The notes under the pieces: model-generated | Databases searched by the model: none | Seen by the model: only the letters and a program-made list of their open reading frames with translations | What the model was told of the DNA's origin: nothing | In this document: piece after piece, positions 1 to 12,473 of the stretch | How positions within the stretch are numbered: the stretch's first letter is position 1 | Layout: every line of letters begins with the position of its first letter | Position numbers and translations under genes: made by a program | NCBI GenBank assembly: GCA_036785375.1 | Contig: JAWMAR010000256.1 | Location: 1,674,001 to 1,738,000, forward strand | Origin: Leucoraja ocellata | Taxonomy: Eukaryota | Direction of reading: 5' to 3' | DNA: 64,000 bases

Positions 1-393
1 GGACAAAAGTTATCATAAACCATGAAAACATGGCTGTCCAGGAACAGGCCCTTTGGCCCACAATGTCCATGAGACCAAATCAAACTAATCTCTGCCTGAT
101 GTGATCCATATCTCTACATATCCTTGTTCCCAAATCATGTGATAATGCTAAAAAAAAAACAATTATTCACTTTATTCGGGAAAATAAACAAACAGTGCTT
201 CTTAAATGTTGAAAAATTAATTAATATTGAAGCTCAACATTTTTTAAATATTCTTGGACACTGAATAAAAAATGAATATCCACTATTTGCAACGAATAGA
301 AACATGAATAGCATATTGCAAGCAGACTAATGTGCAATAGGAAGGAAGTCTTGCTGCAAGTCTTTCTTCGTTGAGAAAAATAACTGGATTACT

Positions 394-594
394 ATAGAAA
401 CATAGAAACATAGAAAATAGGTGCAGGAGTAGGCCATTCGGCCCTTTGAGCCTGCGCCGCCATTCAATATGACCGTGGCTGATCATCCAACTCAGTATCC
501 TGTACCTGCTTTCTCTCCATACCCCCTGATCCCTTTAGTCACAAGGGCCACATCTAACTCCCTCTTAAATATAGCCAATGAACTGGCCTCAACT
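394..594 (-). mobile_element. CR1/HER1-type LINE, 3' terminal fragment
   Basis: (ATAGAAAC)n tail followed by AGGTGCAGGAGTAGGCCATTCGGCCC; nearly identical to the 3' end of the copy at 1459-2794. Confidence 0.9.
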
Positions 595-926
595 GGCCTA
601 CAATGTGCAGTGTTGGCTCCTACATTCAAGTAAAGTTATTCCTGTCTTCGTGGTCTGCTATATATTGGTCTCCAGGAAATGTGGCTACTTGGTGCAATAA
701 CATGATGCATTCTCCAAAAAATAAAAGATGGGTGAATTTACTGAAGCACAAAATATTCTGAGAGCTTTATAAGGTGTGTGGTAAGATGCTGATTCCCTGA
801 ATAGAGAATCTAAGACTACTGATCTAGATCTCAGGATAACATATCATTTAAAACATAGAAGATTTTTTTTTACATAATCATTTGCTTATCCTTGGAAATT
901 TCTACACCAGAACACTTTCACTGCTC

Positions 927-1275
927 ATTTATCTATTTATTTATTTATTTATTTATCTATTTATTTATTTACTTATTTGATTCTTTATTTCGAACAGAAA
1001 AAAAGAATAAAAAGCAAATGTGAAACAGCATACAAAAAACAAAACAGGAATATTTATAAAGTGTCATAAACAATATCTATAAATAAATGAAATCGTATGT
1101 GTCCGAAAAGGAGCAGGAAGAAGCCGAAGCTTATTAATTCCCATCCCTTATTCAACTGCTTATAATTATCTTATACAAATTTAGCAGCTGTATGTACACC
1201 ATATGTACACCAGCAGCTATATGTACAACAAATTATTTACATTTATACTCTAATCAAATATTTACAAATTTAGTG
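927..1275 (-). mobile_element. 3' end of an unassigned LINE-like element with (TAAA)n tail
   Basis: (ATTT)n array at 927-978 abuts a block reading ...CTTCTTCCTGCTCCTTTTCGGACA...TGTTCGAAATAAA on the minus strand. This tail differs from the CR1 tails in the window; family not assigned. Confidence 0.4.
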
Positions 1276-1329
1276 CATTCATTTTTGGGGTTGATACATA
1301 CTTTGATTGTTAGGGAATTCAGGCATATG

Positions 1330-1430
1330 GAAGGTAGACACAAAATGCTGGAGTAATTCAGTGGGACAGGCAGCATCTCTGGAGAATTTATGTCTACCTT
1401 TGATTTAAACCAGCAGTTCTTTTTTACATA
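1330..1430. mobile_element. Penelope-derived short element with inverted arms, centre deleted
   Basis: GGTAGACACAAAATGCTGGAG...GCAGCATCTCTGGAG followed by the inverted TGTCTACC; same block as 16545-16640 and 59600-60155. Confidence 0.65.
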
Positions 1431-1458
1431 CCTCAGGCATATGGAATCAGATAGAGAG

Positions 1459-2794
1459 ATAGAAACATAGAAACATAGAAATTAGGTGCAGGAGTAGGCC
1501 ATTCGGCCCTTCGAGCCTGCACCGCCATTCAATATGATCATGGCTGATCATCCAACTCAGTATCCCGTACCTGCCTTCTCTCCATACCCCCTGATCCCCT
1601 TAGCCACAAGGGCCACATCTAACTCCCTCTTAAATATAGCCAATGAACTGGCCTCAACTACCCTCTGTGGCAGAGAGTTCCAGAGATTCACCACTCTCTG
1701 TGTGAAAAAAGTTTTTCTCATCTCGGTTTTAAAGGATTTCCCCTTTATCCTTAAGCTGTGACCCCTTGTCCTGGACTTCCCTAACATCGGGAACAATCTT
1801 CCTGCATCTAGCCTGTCCAACCCCTTAAGAATTTTGTAAGTTTCTATAAGATCCCCTCTCAATCTTCTAAATTCTAGAGAGTATAAACCAAGTCTATCCA
1901 GTCTTTCTTCATAAGACAGTTCTGACATCCCAGGAATCAGTCTGGTGAACCGTCTCTGCACTCCCTCTATGGCAATAATGTCCTTCCTCAGATTTGGAGA
2001 CCAAAACTGTACGCAATACTCCAGGTGTGGTCTCACCAAGACCCTGTACAACTGCAGTAGAACCTCTCTGCTCCTATACTCAAATCCTTTTGCAATGAAA
2101 GCTAACATACCATTCGCTTTCTTTACTGCCTGCTGCACCTGCATGCCTACCTTCAATGACTGGTGTACCATGACACCCAGGTCTCGCTGCATCTCCCCCT
2201 TTCCCAATCGGCCACCATTTAGATAATAATCTGCTTTCCTGTTTTTGCCACCAAAATGGATAACCTCACATTTATCCACATTATACTGCATCTGCCAAAC
2301 ATTTGCCCACTCACCCAGCCTATCCAAGTCACCCTGCAGTCTCCTAGCATCCTCCTCACAGCTAACACTGCCCCCCAGCTTAGTGTCATCCGCAAACTTG
2401 GAGATATTGCCTTCAATTCCCTCATCCAGATCATTAATATATATTGTAAATAGCTGGGGTCCCAGTACTGAGCCTTGGGGTACCCCACTAGTCACTGCCT
2501 GCCATTGTGAAAAGGACCCGTTTACTCCTACTCTTTGCTTCCTGTTTGCCAGCCAGTTCTCTATCCACATCAATACTGAACCCCCAATGCCTTGTGCTTT
2601 AAGTTTGTATACTAATCTCTTATGTGGGACCTTGTCGAAAGCCTTCTGGAAGTCCAGATACACCACATCCACTGGTTCTCCCCTATCCACGCTACTAGTT
2701 ACATCCTCGAAAAATTCTATAAGATTCGTCAGACGTGATTTACCTTTCGTAAATCCATGCTGACTTTGTCCAATGATTTCACCACTTTCCAAAT
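1459..2794 (-). mobile_element. Young 5'-truncated CR1/HER1-type LINE
   Basis: (ATAGAAAC)n tail, 3' UTR and an uninterrupted RT frame; highly similar to 34347-36165. Confidence 0.95.
1557..2794 (-). CDS. CR1 ORF2 reverse transcriptase and C-terminal region (truncated retroelement frame, not a host gene)
   Basis: Motifs QHGF, YLDFQKAFDKVPH, SGVPQGSVLGP, KFADDTKL, LVRPHLEYCVQFWSP, RRLRGDLIETYK. Residues from 2795-2858 in the ORF track are flanking sequence. Confidence 0.9.
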
Positions 2795-4781
2795 TGTTAA
2801 ACTTAAGGGTCAGACATGAGTCTAAGTTGTGAAGGAGGCTTGATGGACTGTGCGGCATGTTCTTGCTCCTTTTCTCTGTTTTTAGATGTATGTGGAAGCA
2901 TTACTGTTCATTTATAAATACATTTCCTACCCTGTTCCAAATATGCAATGTGACTCGTTAAGCCCATAGGTAACACCATGATTGGTATTCTTCTAAAAAG
3001 TATCTCTGTGAACTTCAGTAGGGGAATACTGAAATTGGCTTGTGTTACATTCATTTTGACTAGCACATTCCCGCAATGGAATCATTTTATGTAGTAAATG
3101 ACTGTAGCTACACAACTTGTAGAAAGATATAGTAATTTACAGACATATGTTTATTTATAACCCAATGCTAAATAGATTATAACATTCTGTAAGTAGCAAA
3201 TGAGAAGAAGATTCATTTTTTATATTCAAATTGAAAGCCACTGAGCAGTTTGATAATCGAAATTCAGCACCAACTTTTCAAAGCTGAACATTGGAAAATA
3301 ACTTTTGCTTAGATGTAGCCATTTTATTTTAAGCTTAGAACATGCCTCCAGGCCTATGGGCCTTTAGATTTACTTATAGAGCAACTCCGCCAAGCGAACT
3401 ATATTCGCAGTTAAGGTGAAACAAGTCTTCATTTTAAATGCAAATGGTCAGTTGAGGGAAATTTAAGAAACATAAACAAAATTACATGTATAAAATGGGT
3501 TATTTGGATGTTAGTTCATGACCGAAAAGCAAAGTTGGGGGTCATGGAGGTTTAAAATGCTGTGGGGTGAAGTTGTTCACAGTTAATGCATTGTGATGGA
3601 GTATGTAAAATAGTGTCTGAGTTATAGTCCTCTAAACTGATATATGTAATTGGCATAAAATTGAATGTACCTTGATTCACTTGTATCCCACGTGCAAACT
3701 CAATCTCATTCTTGAAATCAACATTCAATTTGAATTCAAAAGACAATCTGCTCAATCTTTACTTCACCCTCAGACCCACCCCCAATTGATCACTTCCTTG
3801 ATGCAAAATTTCATACGGAAAACTGCACACGGAAGAGAAATGAAAATTCACATTAAAAAATTGTTAACAATGCTTTGTATCCTTCCCACAAATGCACATT
3901 TATTTACAGGGACCTTTTCTAAATTATGAATGCTTCATCTCTTCTCCCAAGCATCATAATGTTTGTGTAAATGGACATGCCGCCAAATCAGGAAACCAAA
4001 AAGCAAGTTGTTTTTGCAATGATAGTAAAAGCCAGTCCTTTCAGAGTCATCATTAAAATTAAATGAATCAATTAAAGTAAGTCAAAGTAGGATTATACAA
4101 GTGCGTTCTTACCCAAAGTTCAGCTTCCTTCTGTCTACTCACTCTGCCATTAAGCAGCAACAGTTTTGCAGGCACTTCAGCAAATGAAGGAATCCGCCAG
4201 AGGTCACATGTATGGCTGTAATAATCTTAGCTAATCTTGCTGTACGTTGGGGAAGACAGCTATAGATTCTACACACAGTCTGCAAAGTTAAACCACATCC
4301 TGTTGGTTCAGCTTCTTTTTTTTTTACATAAAATATCTACAAAGAGTGTTCTTAGATATTTTTTGAACTGCATCACACATTCAGGGACTTAAATGGATAC
4401 CCTTCCTGAGGGAACATTGATTAAAGAAGGGTTTAAACCCTAATGGGCATTTTATTATTTGACAACGGGCACCTGTGGCAACTTCTCCTTTTTTTTGGTC
4501 ATATTTAGCAACCGCTGGCACAAATATTTTGCAAGCAGTAGAAAGTTCCAACCCATTAATCAAAACTGGTTCATTTTAAGAGTGCAACCTCTACTATTTG
4601 CATAAATACAAATTTTATTTTCTATTCCAGTAATAGGTTTCATCAGCTGACATGATTTGTTCTCAAAGATGTACTTAGAATTTTATTTCATGGGATTTAT
4701 AAATAGTTGGATCAACAATTCATCATCACATCATTACATCTCAAAACATAACAGATTTGCACAATAAATATTTCAATATTC

Positions 4782-5252
4782 AGCGCCGACCACAGAATAG
4801 TACTGGGTACCATCCACCGTGAAGCGTCGGATGTGGAACTGGGCCTCTGCCTGCTTGAATCACACTTCGGGCTTCAATGTCCAGAGCACAGGCTACTTCA
4901 GGGAGACAACATTCTGCTGGGATGGATTGATAGTGACCTCGGGCTGTTGAGGTTGATATTTGGCTGCGTCCATTGTTTAAATCCAAAATTCCCGTTTTGG
5001 ATCGTCGGGGTCACCAATATGGTGGGCGAATAAGGAAGCCACGTGTGGTGGAACAAAGAGTTATTTTTTGACAAAGTAAAAAGAACAGCACACACACGAA
5101 TGGGGGAAGGTTAACCCTGGGTTCATTATATGTACCAGGACACACCCCTAAATCCCGAGACAACTCCTTCCCGCCAAACCCAGTCATGTGACCCTGACCC
5201 CAACTGCCGAGGGTTCGCACAGTAAGTGGCCTAACTACCAGGTGGCACCACA
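4782..5252 (-). mobile_element. Gypsy LTR retrotransposon stub: 5' LTR, PBS and start of gag
   Basis: LTR 5252-5018 reads TGTGGTG...CACCATA. PBS TGGTGACCCCGACG at 5016-5003 is complementary to the tRNA-Trp 3' end. Decayed gag follows: MDAAK...NVVSLK*PVLWTLKPEV*FKQAEAQFHIRRFTVDGTQYYSVVGA. Confidence 0.85.
5003..5016 (-). promoter_or_regulatory. Primer-binding site (tRNA-Trp type)
   Basis: TGGTGACCCCGACG lies one base after the LTR end; tRNA-Trp ends in ...CGTCGGGGTCACCA. Confidence 0.8.
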
Positions 5253-5546
5253 ATATTCCAGAAAAATCTATATAGAGAAAGGATTTTATCAATGATTAAT
5301 TAGCAAGCGTTGGATAGACTAGGTTGTTTATGTTGAAAAGAGGTATTGGAATAGGTCTTAATGGATTAACTGTGAGTTCTCTATGTTGTAATTTGCAAGA
5401 TTCTTAATTCAGAATATATATGTTTTTCAATGCTATTCTATATTTCATGCTATTTTAATCCTAATTTCTTAAGAATGTCTTAATGAAGAAGGCAAGATTG
5501 TATCTGACTGGATTTTCAAAAGATATTTGTAATAACTCGACTGGTA

Positions 5547-5837
5547 TTAGTTTAGTTTAGAGATATGGCAAGGAAACAAGCCCTTCAGTCCACTAAGTCT
5601 ACACCAATGAACAATCAGAGTACACTAGTTCTATTCTATGCACTAGGGATAAATTTACATGAGCCAATTAACGTACAAACCTGCACATCTTGGGAATATG
5701 GGAGAAAACCAGAGCATCCAGAGCATACCCATGCGGTCAGAGGGATAAGTCTGTACAGACAGCACCTATAGTCAGGATCAACCCTGGGTCCCTTGTGCTG
5801 TAAGGCCACAACACCACACCTGCACCATTGTGTCACC
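5547..5837 (-). mobile_element. HE1-like tRNA-derived V-SINE
   Basis: A/B-box-like head, V-domain TCTGGTTTTCTCCCATATTCCCAAGATGTGCAGG and CR1-like tail with (CTAAA)n. Confidence 0.85.
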
Positions 5838-5972
5838 GCTTACTGTCTACTTCTTAATGTTGAGCATTGTTGTTGGGAGATTCTCTGAATGGAATACATT
5901 GTAATATTGCTAGCTGGTATTTTTCCCCCTCCGTTATGGCAAATGATACTGTTTCTGTGAACTGCAGCTGAA

Positions 5973-6020
5973 TAATAGACAATAGACAATAGGTGCAGGA
6001 GTAGGCCCTTCGAGCCAGCA
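5973..6020 (-). mobile_element. Ultra-short CR1 3' insertion
   Basis: (TAGACAA)n tail plus AGGTGCAGGAGTAGGCC; flanked by the direct repeat CTGAA (5968-5972, 6021-6025). Confidence 0.75.
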
Positions 6021-7841
6021 CTGAAGATAGGTCAAACAACACAATATGAAAGCAGCTAGCCAATTGTCAGATGGATTAAATCAAATTGATGCAGAGGATT
6101 TAACCTAATGTGATGCCTTCCACTGACAGAAAATTCTAAATCCTCACATAATACGTATACTATATTATGACTTTTGGTTGATACCAGATCCAATGTTATC
6201 TTTAATAATTTACAGGCCTCTAACAAAAATAATCTTTTGCAGGATGCACACTAGGATCGGCAGAACGTACGGCAAGATACGAGACTTTTGTTGCCGCCTT
6301 CTGAAGTCAGTGAAAGGCAGATTATGCAATAGTGTTGCCGTAAATATTCCAAGATTTTCATCTTCTTTCCAAGAGATTGATCGTAGTGTGATGATTGATG
6401 TCATCAAGTTAGCCTCTGCACAATTGGCTAAATAATATAAATATGCTCACTGCCTACTAACGAGGAACTATTTTGTTGGCCACATTGTTCACAAAAACCC
6501 TTTCAAACCAGTACTCTGAAAGTAGTCTCGTGAGATTAATAGAATAGGCATAAACGCTATGATGATTAATGATAATTTCTCTAAAAGTTTGACCCAATAT
6601 CCGCCTTAAGTACTTTAGGTTAAATGTAGAATATATTTTATGATAATGATATTCACTTTAAATGAGAACTATTAGTCATTTTCATTTAAATATTGCAAGA
6701 ATTGTATTCATGGTTTTTGAGTCCAATTTTCTCTTTTTCCTCACCACAGGTAATCAGTCATCATTTAAATAAAAGGAAATTAAACATAGTACATTATTTT
6801 TCCACTGTAAAATACTTTCATGATTTAGTTGCCACATTCATCTGAAAGGTATTGCGCCTAGTCAAAGTTTCAATCAGATTGGATTCCATGTTTATTTGTG
6901 TTTAAATATCACATGATTTATATAGTTTACAACAGTAATTTATTTGCATTACAGTAATCTAAGTGTTAATTGAAATATGGGCAGTGGGGCCATATTTCAT
7001 GGGTTGTATTTCAACAGCAATGTACTCCATCCTATGCTGATCTTACCAACTTGTGCCAGCACTAACATTTCTCACATAGTCCTTTTGCCAATACTACTAG
7101 TCTGGCATAGTTTGTGTGCAAAAGTCACTCCACTGATAGATTGAGCTCTTATAAGGGCACCTACATCTCAAAACTAAAAGTTCCCCATGGGCCCTGGATC
7201 AATGCCCCCCAAATTTCTATGCAAAGGTTCAGTGGAGATCTGTTTAGGGAACAATATTGCCATGTTTTGAAAAAGCTTTGTGGATGCAAGGGTAACTCAC
7301 ACCCCGAGTTGCTAAGTCAAATCATAATCATAATCATACTTTATTAGCCAAGTATGTTTTGCAACATACAAAGAATTTGATTTGCCATACAGTCATACCA
7401 ATAAAAAGCAACAAAACGCACAAAATACATTTTAACAAACATCCATCACAGTGACTCCCCCACATTCCTCACTATGATGAAAGGCAAAATAAAATTTCAA
7501 TCTCTTCCTTTGTTACCCCGTGGTCGGAGGCCTCGAGCCTTCTGTTGCCAGTGCAATCTTGGCACCCTCAACTGTTGGTCAGGTCCTCCGCATCGGGGTG
7601 ATCACGCTCCCGCATTGGGAGGATCTCAGCTTCCCCACGCCAGGTGATCGAACCTCCTGCAACTTTGGAGCTTCTCGACATCATCTCTACCCAAGACTGC
7701 GAGCTCTTCGATGTTGAAATCATAGGCCACGGTTGGAGCGTCTATCCCAAGGAAGGGATCACAGGCTCTGATGGTAAGTCCACGGCCCTGCGGTGGGGCT
7801 CAAAGTCAGTCTCGAGCAAGGCCGCCAACTCCATGATGTTA

Positions 7842-8714
7842 TATAACCATATAACATATAACAATTACAGCACGGAAACAGGCCATCTCGGCCGTACAAG
7901 TCCATGCCGAACAAATTTTTTTCCCCTTAGTCCCACCTGCCTGCACTCGTACCATAACCCTCCATTCCCTTCTCATCCATATGCCTATCCAATTTATTTT
8001 TAAATGATACCAATGAACCTGCCTCCACCACTTCCACTGGGAGCTCATTCCACACCGCCACCACTCTCTGCGTAAAGAAGTTCCCCCTCATATTACCCCT
8101 AAACTTCTGTCCCTTAATTCTGAAATCATGTCCTCTTGTTTGAATCTTCCCTATTCTCAAAGGGAAAAGCTTGTTCACATCAACTCTGTCTATCCCTCTC
8201 ATCATTTTAAAGACTTCTATCAGGTCCCCCCTTAACCTTCTGCGCTCCAAAGAATAAAGCCCTAACTTGTTCAACCTTTCTCTGTAACTTAGTTGCTGAA
8301 ACCCAGGCAACAATCTAATAAATCTCCTCTGTACTCTCTCTATTTTGTTGACATCCTTCCTATAATTTGGCGACCAAAATTGTACACCATACTCCAGATT
8401 TGGCCTCACCAATGCCTTGTACAATTTTAACATTACATCCCAGCTTCTATACTCAATGCTCTGATTTATAAAGGCTAGCATACCAAAAGCTTTCTTTACC
8501 ACCCTATCTATATGAGATTCCACCTTCAAGGAACTATGCACGGTTATACCCAGATCCCTCTGTTCAACTGTATTCTTCAATTCCCTACCATTTACCATGT
8601 ACGTCCTATTTTGATTTGTCCTGCCAAGGTGTAGCACCTCACATTTATCAGCATTAAACTCCATCTGCCATCTTTCAGCCCATTTTTCCAAATGGCCTAA
8701 ATCACTCTGTAGAC
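7842..8714 (-). mobile_element. CR1 LINE, second subfamily with (TATATGGT/TATATGT)-type tail
   Basis: Open ORF2 C-terminal frame; TSD TGTTA at 7837-7841 and 8715-8719. Confidence 0.93.
7927..8691 (-). CDS. CR1 ORF2 C-terminal (RT thumb/post-RT) fragment
   Basis: WQMEFNADKCEVLH, RDLGI, LVRPNLEYGVQFWSP, RRLRGDLIEVFK, FFTQRVV. Confidence 0.88.
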   Translation of the reverse strand: MEKWAERWQMEFNADKCEVLHLGRTNQNRTYMVNGRELKNTVEQRDLGITVHSSLKVESHIDRVVKKAFGMLAFINQSIEYRSWDVMLKLYKALVRPNLEYGVQFWSPNYRKDVNKIERVQRRFIRLLPGFQQLSYRERLNKLGLYSLERRRLRGDLIEVFKMMRGIDRVDVNKLFPLRIGKIQTRGHDFRIKGQKFRGNMRGNFFTQRVVAVWNELPVEVVEAGSLVSFKNKLDRHMDEKGMEGYGTSAGRWD

Positions 8715-10019
8715 TGTTAGGCTGCAGAGCGACCGAAGATACGATCCGGAAATCACTCGCATCTCCGGCAAGGTAAGAGATTGAAATAATTTCCCCCGAC
8801 TCCTTCCCCCACCCTCCAAATAAAACAAACCAGAGAACACTAACACATACTTTAAAAACACACTAAGAATAACAAAAAAGATGAAAAGACAGAGAGACCA
8901 TTGGCGAGGCTGCCATCACTGACGTCACCACTCGGAATGAATTGAGATAACTAGAAGATAATCATTATTGTGTTACACAAAACAAAACAATTTGGAATTG
9001 CATATTTGTGAGGTGAGATGGAAGACATTTGCCAATGGCCTCTGCTCCCGAGAGGACCAAAAGGCTTAAGAAGAAGAAGATATTTGTGAAAGTCTTATTC
9101 AATTGATCTGGATAATAGCGTTGCTGTGTGATATTCCACTATGTGGAATTTAAACCATGTCAGTGCACTAAAGCTTCCAAAATGTTCTTCCTGCCAAGAT
9201 CACACTTTTTCACATTGTGATCTGGACATCAACATTATGCTATACATTTGCCAATTTATTTTCTATGCACACCTTCTCATTGGAAGTATACAAGCCAAAC
9301 ATATTCCTTTATTAGGAAATAGGCATTTTTACAACTCACAAAATATTTGTGGCTAAATTCAGGCAAGCAAACAGAGGCTGAAACATGAAATGTTGTCAAT
9401 TCACCCATTCCAATGAGATACACATTTTAATATTTAATTTTAAATTTACACATCTAGATTTAGTAGTAAGTCTAAAAAGAAGCAAGGTAATTATTTTTCA
9501 GCTATATCCTAGTTTGATCTCAACAAATTCTTGAATACAGTTCACAGCAGCTACATTTATTCTTGCAGCTTGTCATGTTATTGTTATTTAATCAAATCAA
9601 TTTGAACAGATAACACATCAAACAAAACCAAGATAAAGTTAAAACAAATGCAGATAATACTGAAAGCATGCAGATCAGGCAGTAATTGCAGAAAGAGAAT
9701 TAAAAGATTCATGTTGAAGACACATTGAGAGAACAGAAGAAAATTAAGTTGGAAGGACCTAAGGTTGTTGGGATATCTTAATTAGGTAAACATTTAAGTC
9801 GACATACACATTTGAAGAAAATAGATCATCAAAGATTAATGAGGCACCACAGGGGTCAGACTGTATCTGTCGAAGATAAAGTTCGTAGTTGAAGCACAAT
9901 ATGTTTTAATTTAATCACATTTGACCTTCAGAATACAGAGAAGATCATAAACCAATGAGAAAACCATGCGGGGGTGCAAGCTGTAATCTGTTTTAGGAAA
10001 TTCAGGAAATAGATTGATG

Positions 10020-10785
10020 ATGCCTTACCATGTAAGTGCACAATATATGACATACACTTCCTCACATACACTGCTCAAGGCTTGAAACAGTCCTCCCAGG
10101 CAAGTTTGTAAGTCTTACATACTTCCTCCCATCTTGTGAATCCATTGCTTATAGTATGGTCAGTTGCCATAGGAACAGTGCAGATCAGATGTTGAGAATG
10201 CTGTGTCCTGCTCAATTTTGTTCAGGAATATGATTAGGTGTTGTTGGACACTTGAAAATCATATGCTTCCTCTAATAACATTTAATGTGGCAAATCTTCT
10301 GCTCAGACACCATTATTTTTTAGAGTGTTGTGAGTTTCTTCTTAGAAGTCCTAAAGTCCAGGACTAACACAACTTGAAGTCAGTGCATTTGTGTCTTGTG
10401 TTATGCCATCTGTGTAGACTAACAGCCCTGTGCCTGCACTTTCACTGTCAAATACAACTTTGACAGCTGGTGAGAGCAAGGGCAGAGGCTTGCTGGTTAT
10501 GAGTGCAGCTGGAAATGCCAATGTACTTGAAGATGAATGAGGACAACACAAGTAGAAAAAGTGGGATCCAGGGAAAGACAGCTGGTGATCTTGCGGCCAA
10601 GGGAAATGAGTCCTAATTAAAAAAAATGTTTAAACTCTGCAGATGCTGGAAATCTGACATATGAAACAGAAAATTTTGGAAACATTCAGCAAGTCAGATA
10701 ACATCTGTGGAAAGAGAAACAGTTGGCATTTCTGTTCAGGGACACTGTATCTAGCCTGCTGAGTTTTGAGCATATTGTTTTTAGT
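10020..10785. mobile_element. Highly decayed Penelope-related remnants
   Basis: Weak GIY-YIG-like stretch near 10030-10200, and the TGCAGATGCTGGAAATCTGA...CATCTGTGGAAAGAGAAAC block at 10637-10785. Confidence 0.4.
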
Positions 10786-11889
10786 TCTGCCCAAGTTACG
10801 TGAATCTTTAAATATAGCTGTCATTTTTTTATGACACAGGTTGTGAGTCTCAGTATAGGTGAAATGGAAGCTGGTTGGCAGTTTGATCATAGGAAACCTC
10901 CATCAACCACAATGACAGAAGGGTACATTTTAGCCTGGTATCAGCCCACTTCTTTAATAAGAACATTTACTTGCAATGGCTTGCAAGGTCATTTTGGACA
11001 ATAGCTGTGAGTGAACCTCATGACTATGTATCCCGAGTCACATTGCTCACTGTATGTTGTGACACCAAGGTTTCTTGCTCTACAAGGCAGAGGTGAATCA
11101 TTCTGACATTTTAATGATCAGCTTCAACTTTTATTTCAGAATTATTGTAGGCATATTTAACCAACTGATGTTTAATTCTCAGAAGTTGGGTTAAAAATTC
11201 ATGTCACTTGGTCATTAGCCAAGTATATCCACACCAGTCCAGTGGGTTTAAAATAGAGCAATTGTACTGGCTGCCCTCAAAGTCAGTAACTTAAAACCTG
11301 ATCTTTGTTTCTCTCTAGATGTTGGCTGACCTGCAACCCCCATTCCAACAGAACTGTATGAGTTTCTTCACCAGAAGATTTGTTGCTGTACAAGATGGCA
11401 GCACATTATTACCTGATCTTAGGCAACTAGGAATGGGTAATAAATGTTAACCTTGTCAGAAAATCATAACCTAAAAATAATGAGCATAAAAAATAATTTG
11501 CTGTTGGTGGAAGGTTCAAACAAAACATGCACTGAATTATCACATCAGGTCGGTTCCAAGGAGTGAGAAACAGAATTCTACACTGGCATTTGGCCCAGCT
11601 GAGATATCTGATCATAATGAAATAATAATTATTGTTTATACCCCCCACCCCATTCTGATGCCTTTTCCACCTTCCTATGCTTCAGATGTCTTCAGTTGAA
11701 TTCCATTTCCATTTTGCATATCCTTAGATTAGTTTGAAGTTGATATATCTGAAACCATGCGAACAACCTGTGTGGACCAACCAGCTGGAGTAAAAACAGA
11801 CATCTTACAACATCTTGCTTCTGCATTCCCAGGTTCCAACCTGTTTCAAAAGGGCATTAATCATTGTGGTGCCCAGTAAATAATGTACA

Positions 11890-12015
11890 GATGTCAGGGG
11901 TTATGGGGCAAAGGCAGGAGAATGATTTTGAGAGGGAAAGATACATCAGACATGATTGAATGACGGAGTAACTTGATAGGCTGAATGGCTTAATTCTGCT
12001 CCTATAACGTGTGAA
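11890..12015 (+). mobile_element. Degraded CR1 3' end
   Basis: GGGGTTATGGGGCAAAGGCAGG...CATGATTGAATG...GGCTGAATGGCTTAATTCTGCTCCTAT. Confidence 0.75.
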
Positions 12016-12159
12016 CACCCCTCTTACTTCAGAAACATCACAGACCATCTCTTCTACTATCTTGGAAATGTACAACCCCAACTCTTTTGATGACTGCCTA
12101 ATAAATAAGAGGAATGAATTAGAGGAAAGTCGGGCAGAACATGGTTCACCGAAGTAGAA

Positions 12160-12473
12160 GCAGCTTGGCAGCGCAGTGGTAGAGTTGTTGCATTACAGCA
12201 TCAGAGACCTGGGTTCGATCCTGACTGTGGGTGCTTGTCTGTACAGAGTTTGTACGTTAACCCCATGACCTGCCTGGATTTTCTCCAGGAAGCTCCGGTT
12301 TCCCCCACACTCCACACACAGGTTTGCAGGACAATTATAAATATAGCTATAAATATAAATTGTCCCTAGAGTATGTGGGATCGTGATAGTGTGCGGGGAT
12401 CGCTGGTCGGTGCAGACTCGGTGAGCTGAGGACCTGTTTCCGCACTGTATCTCTAAACTAAACTAAACTAAAA
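12160..12473 (+). mobile_element. HE1-like V-SINE
   Basis: B box GGTTCGATCC, V-domain CTCCGGTTTCCCCCACACTCCA and (CTAAA)n tail. Confidence 0.88.

Larger units (their letters stand above)
7321..8935 (-). mobile_element. Rex1/Babar-derived non-autonomous element, interrupted by CR1
   Basis: Head GATGGCAGCCTCGCCAA, T-rich then G-rich leader, GC-rich body, AATAAA and (ATGATT)n tail; homologous to 25195, 50820 and 53090. Confidence 0.7.

Noticed and set aside
1534-2763. Plus-strand ORFs of 65-172 aa, and the equivalents at 35032-36093 and 44200-44427
   Set aside because: Antisense shadow frames of CR1 ORF2 that recur with every copy.
2795-2858. N-terminus of the 433-aa ORF as a real start
   Set aside because: CR1 homology stops at about 2794; the ATG comes from flanking sequence by chance.
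4108-4290. Possible minus-strand exon with GTAAG/GTGAGT donors
   Set aside because: No convincing acceptor, recognisable peptide or partner exon.
6178-6435. 85-aa ORF after TTTTGCAG as a host exon
   Set aside because: No recognisable protein motif or strong donor; cannot be supported without RNA or homology data.
12160-12235. tRNA genes at SINE heads (also 24841 and 29550)
   Set aside because: The A/B boxes continue into a V-domain and LINE tail with no full cloverleaf; these are SINEs.
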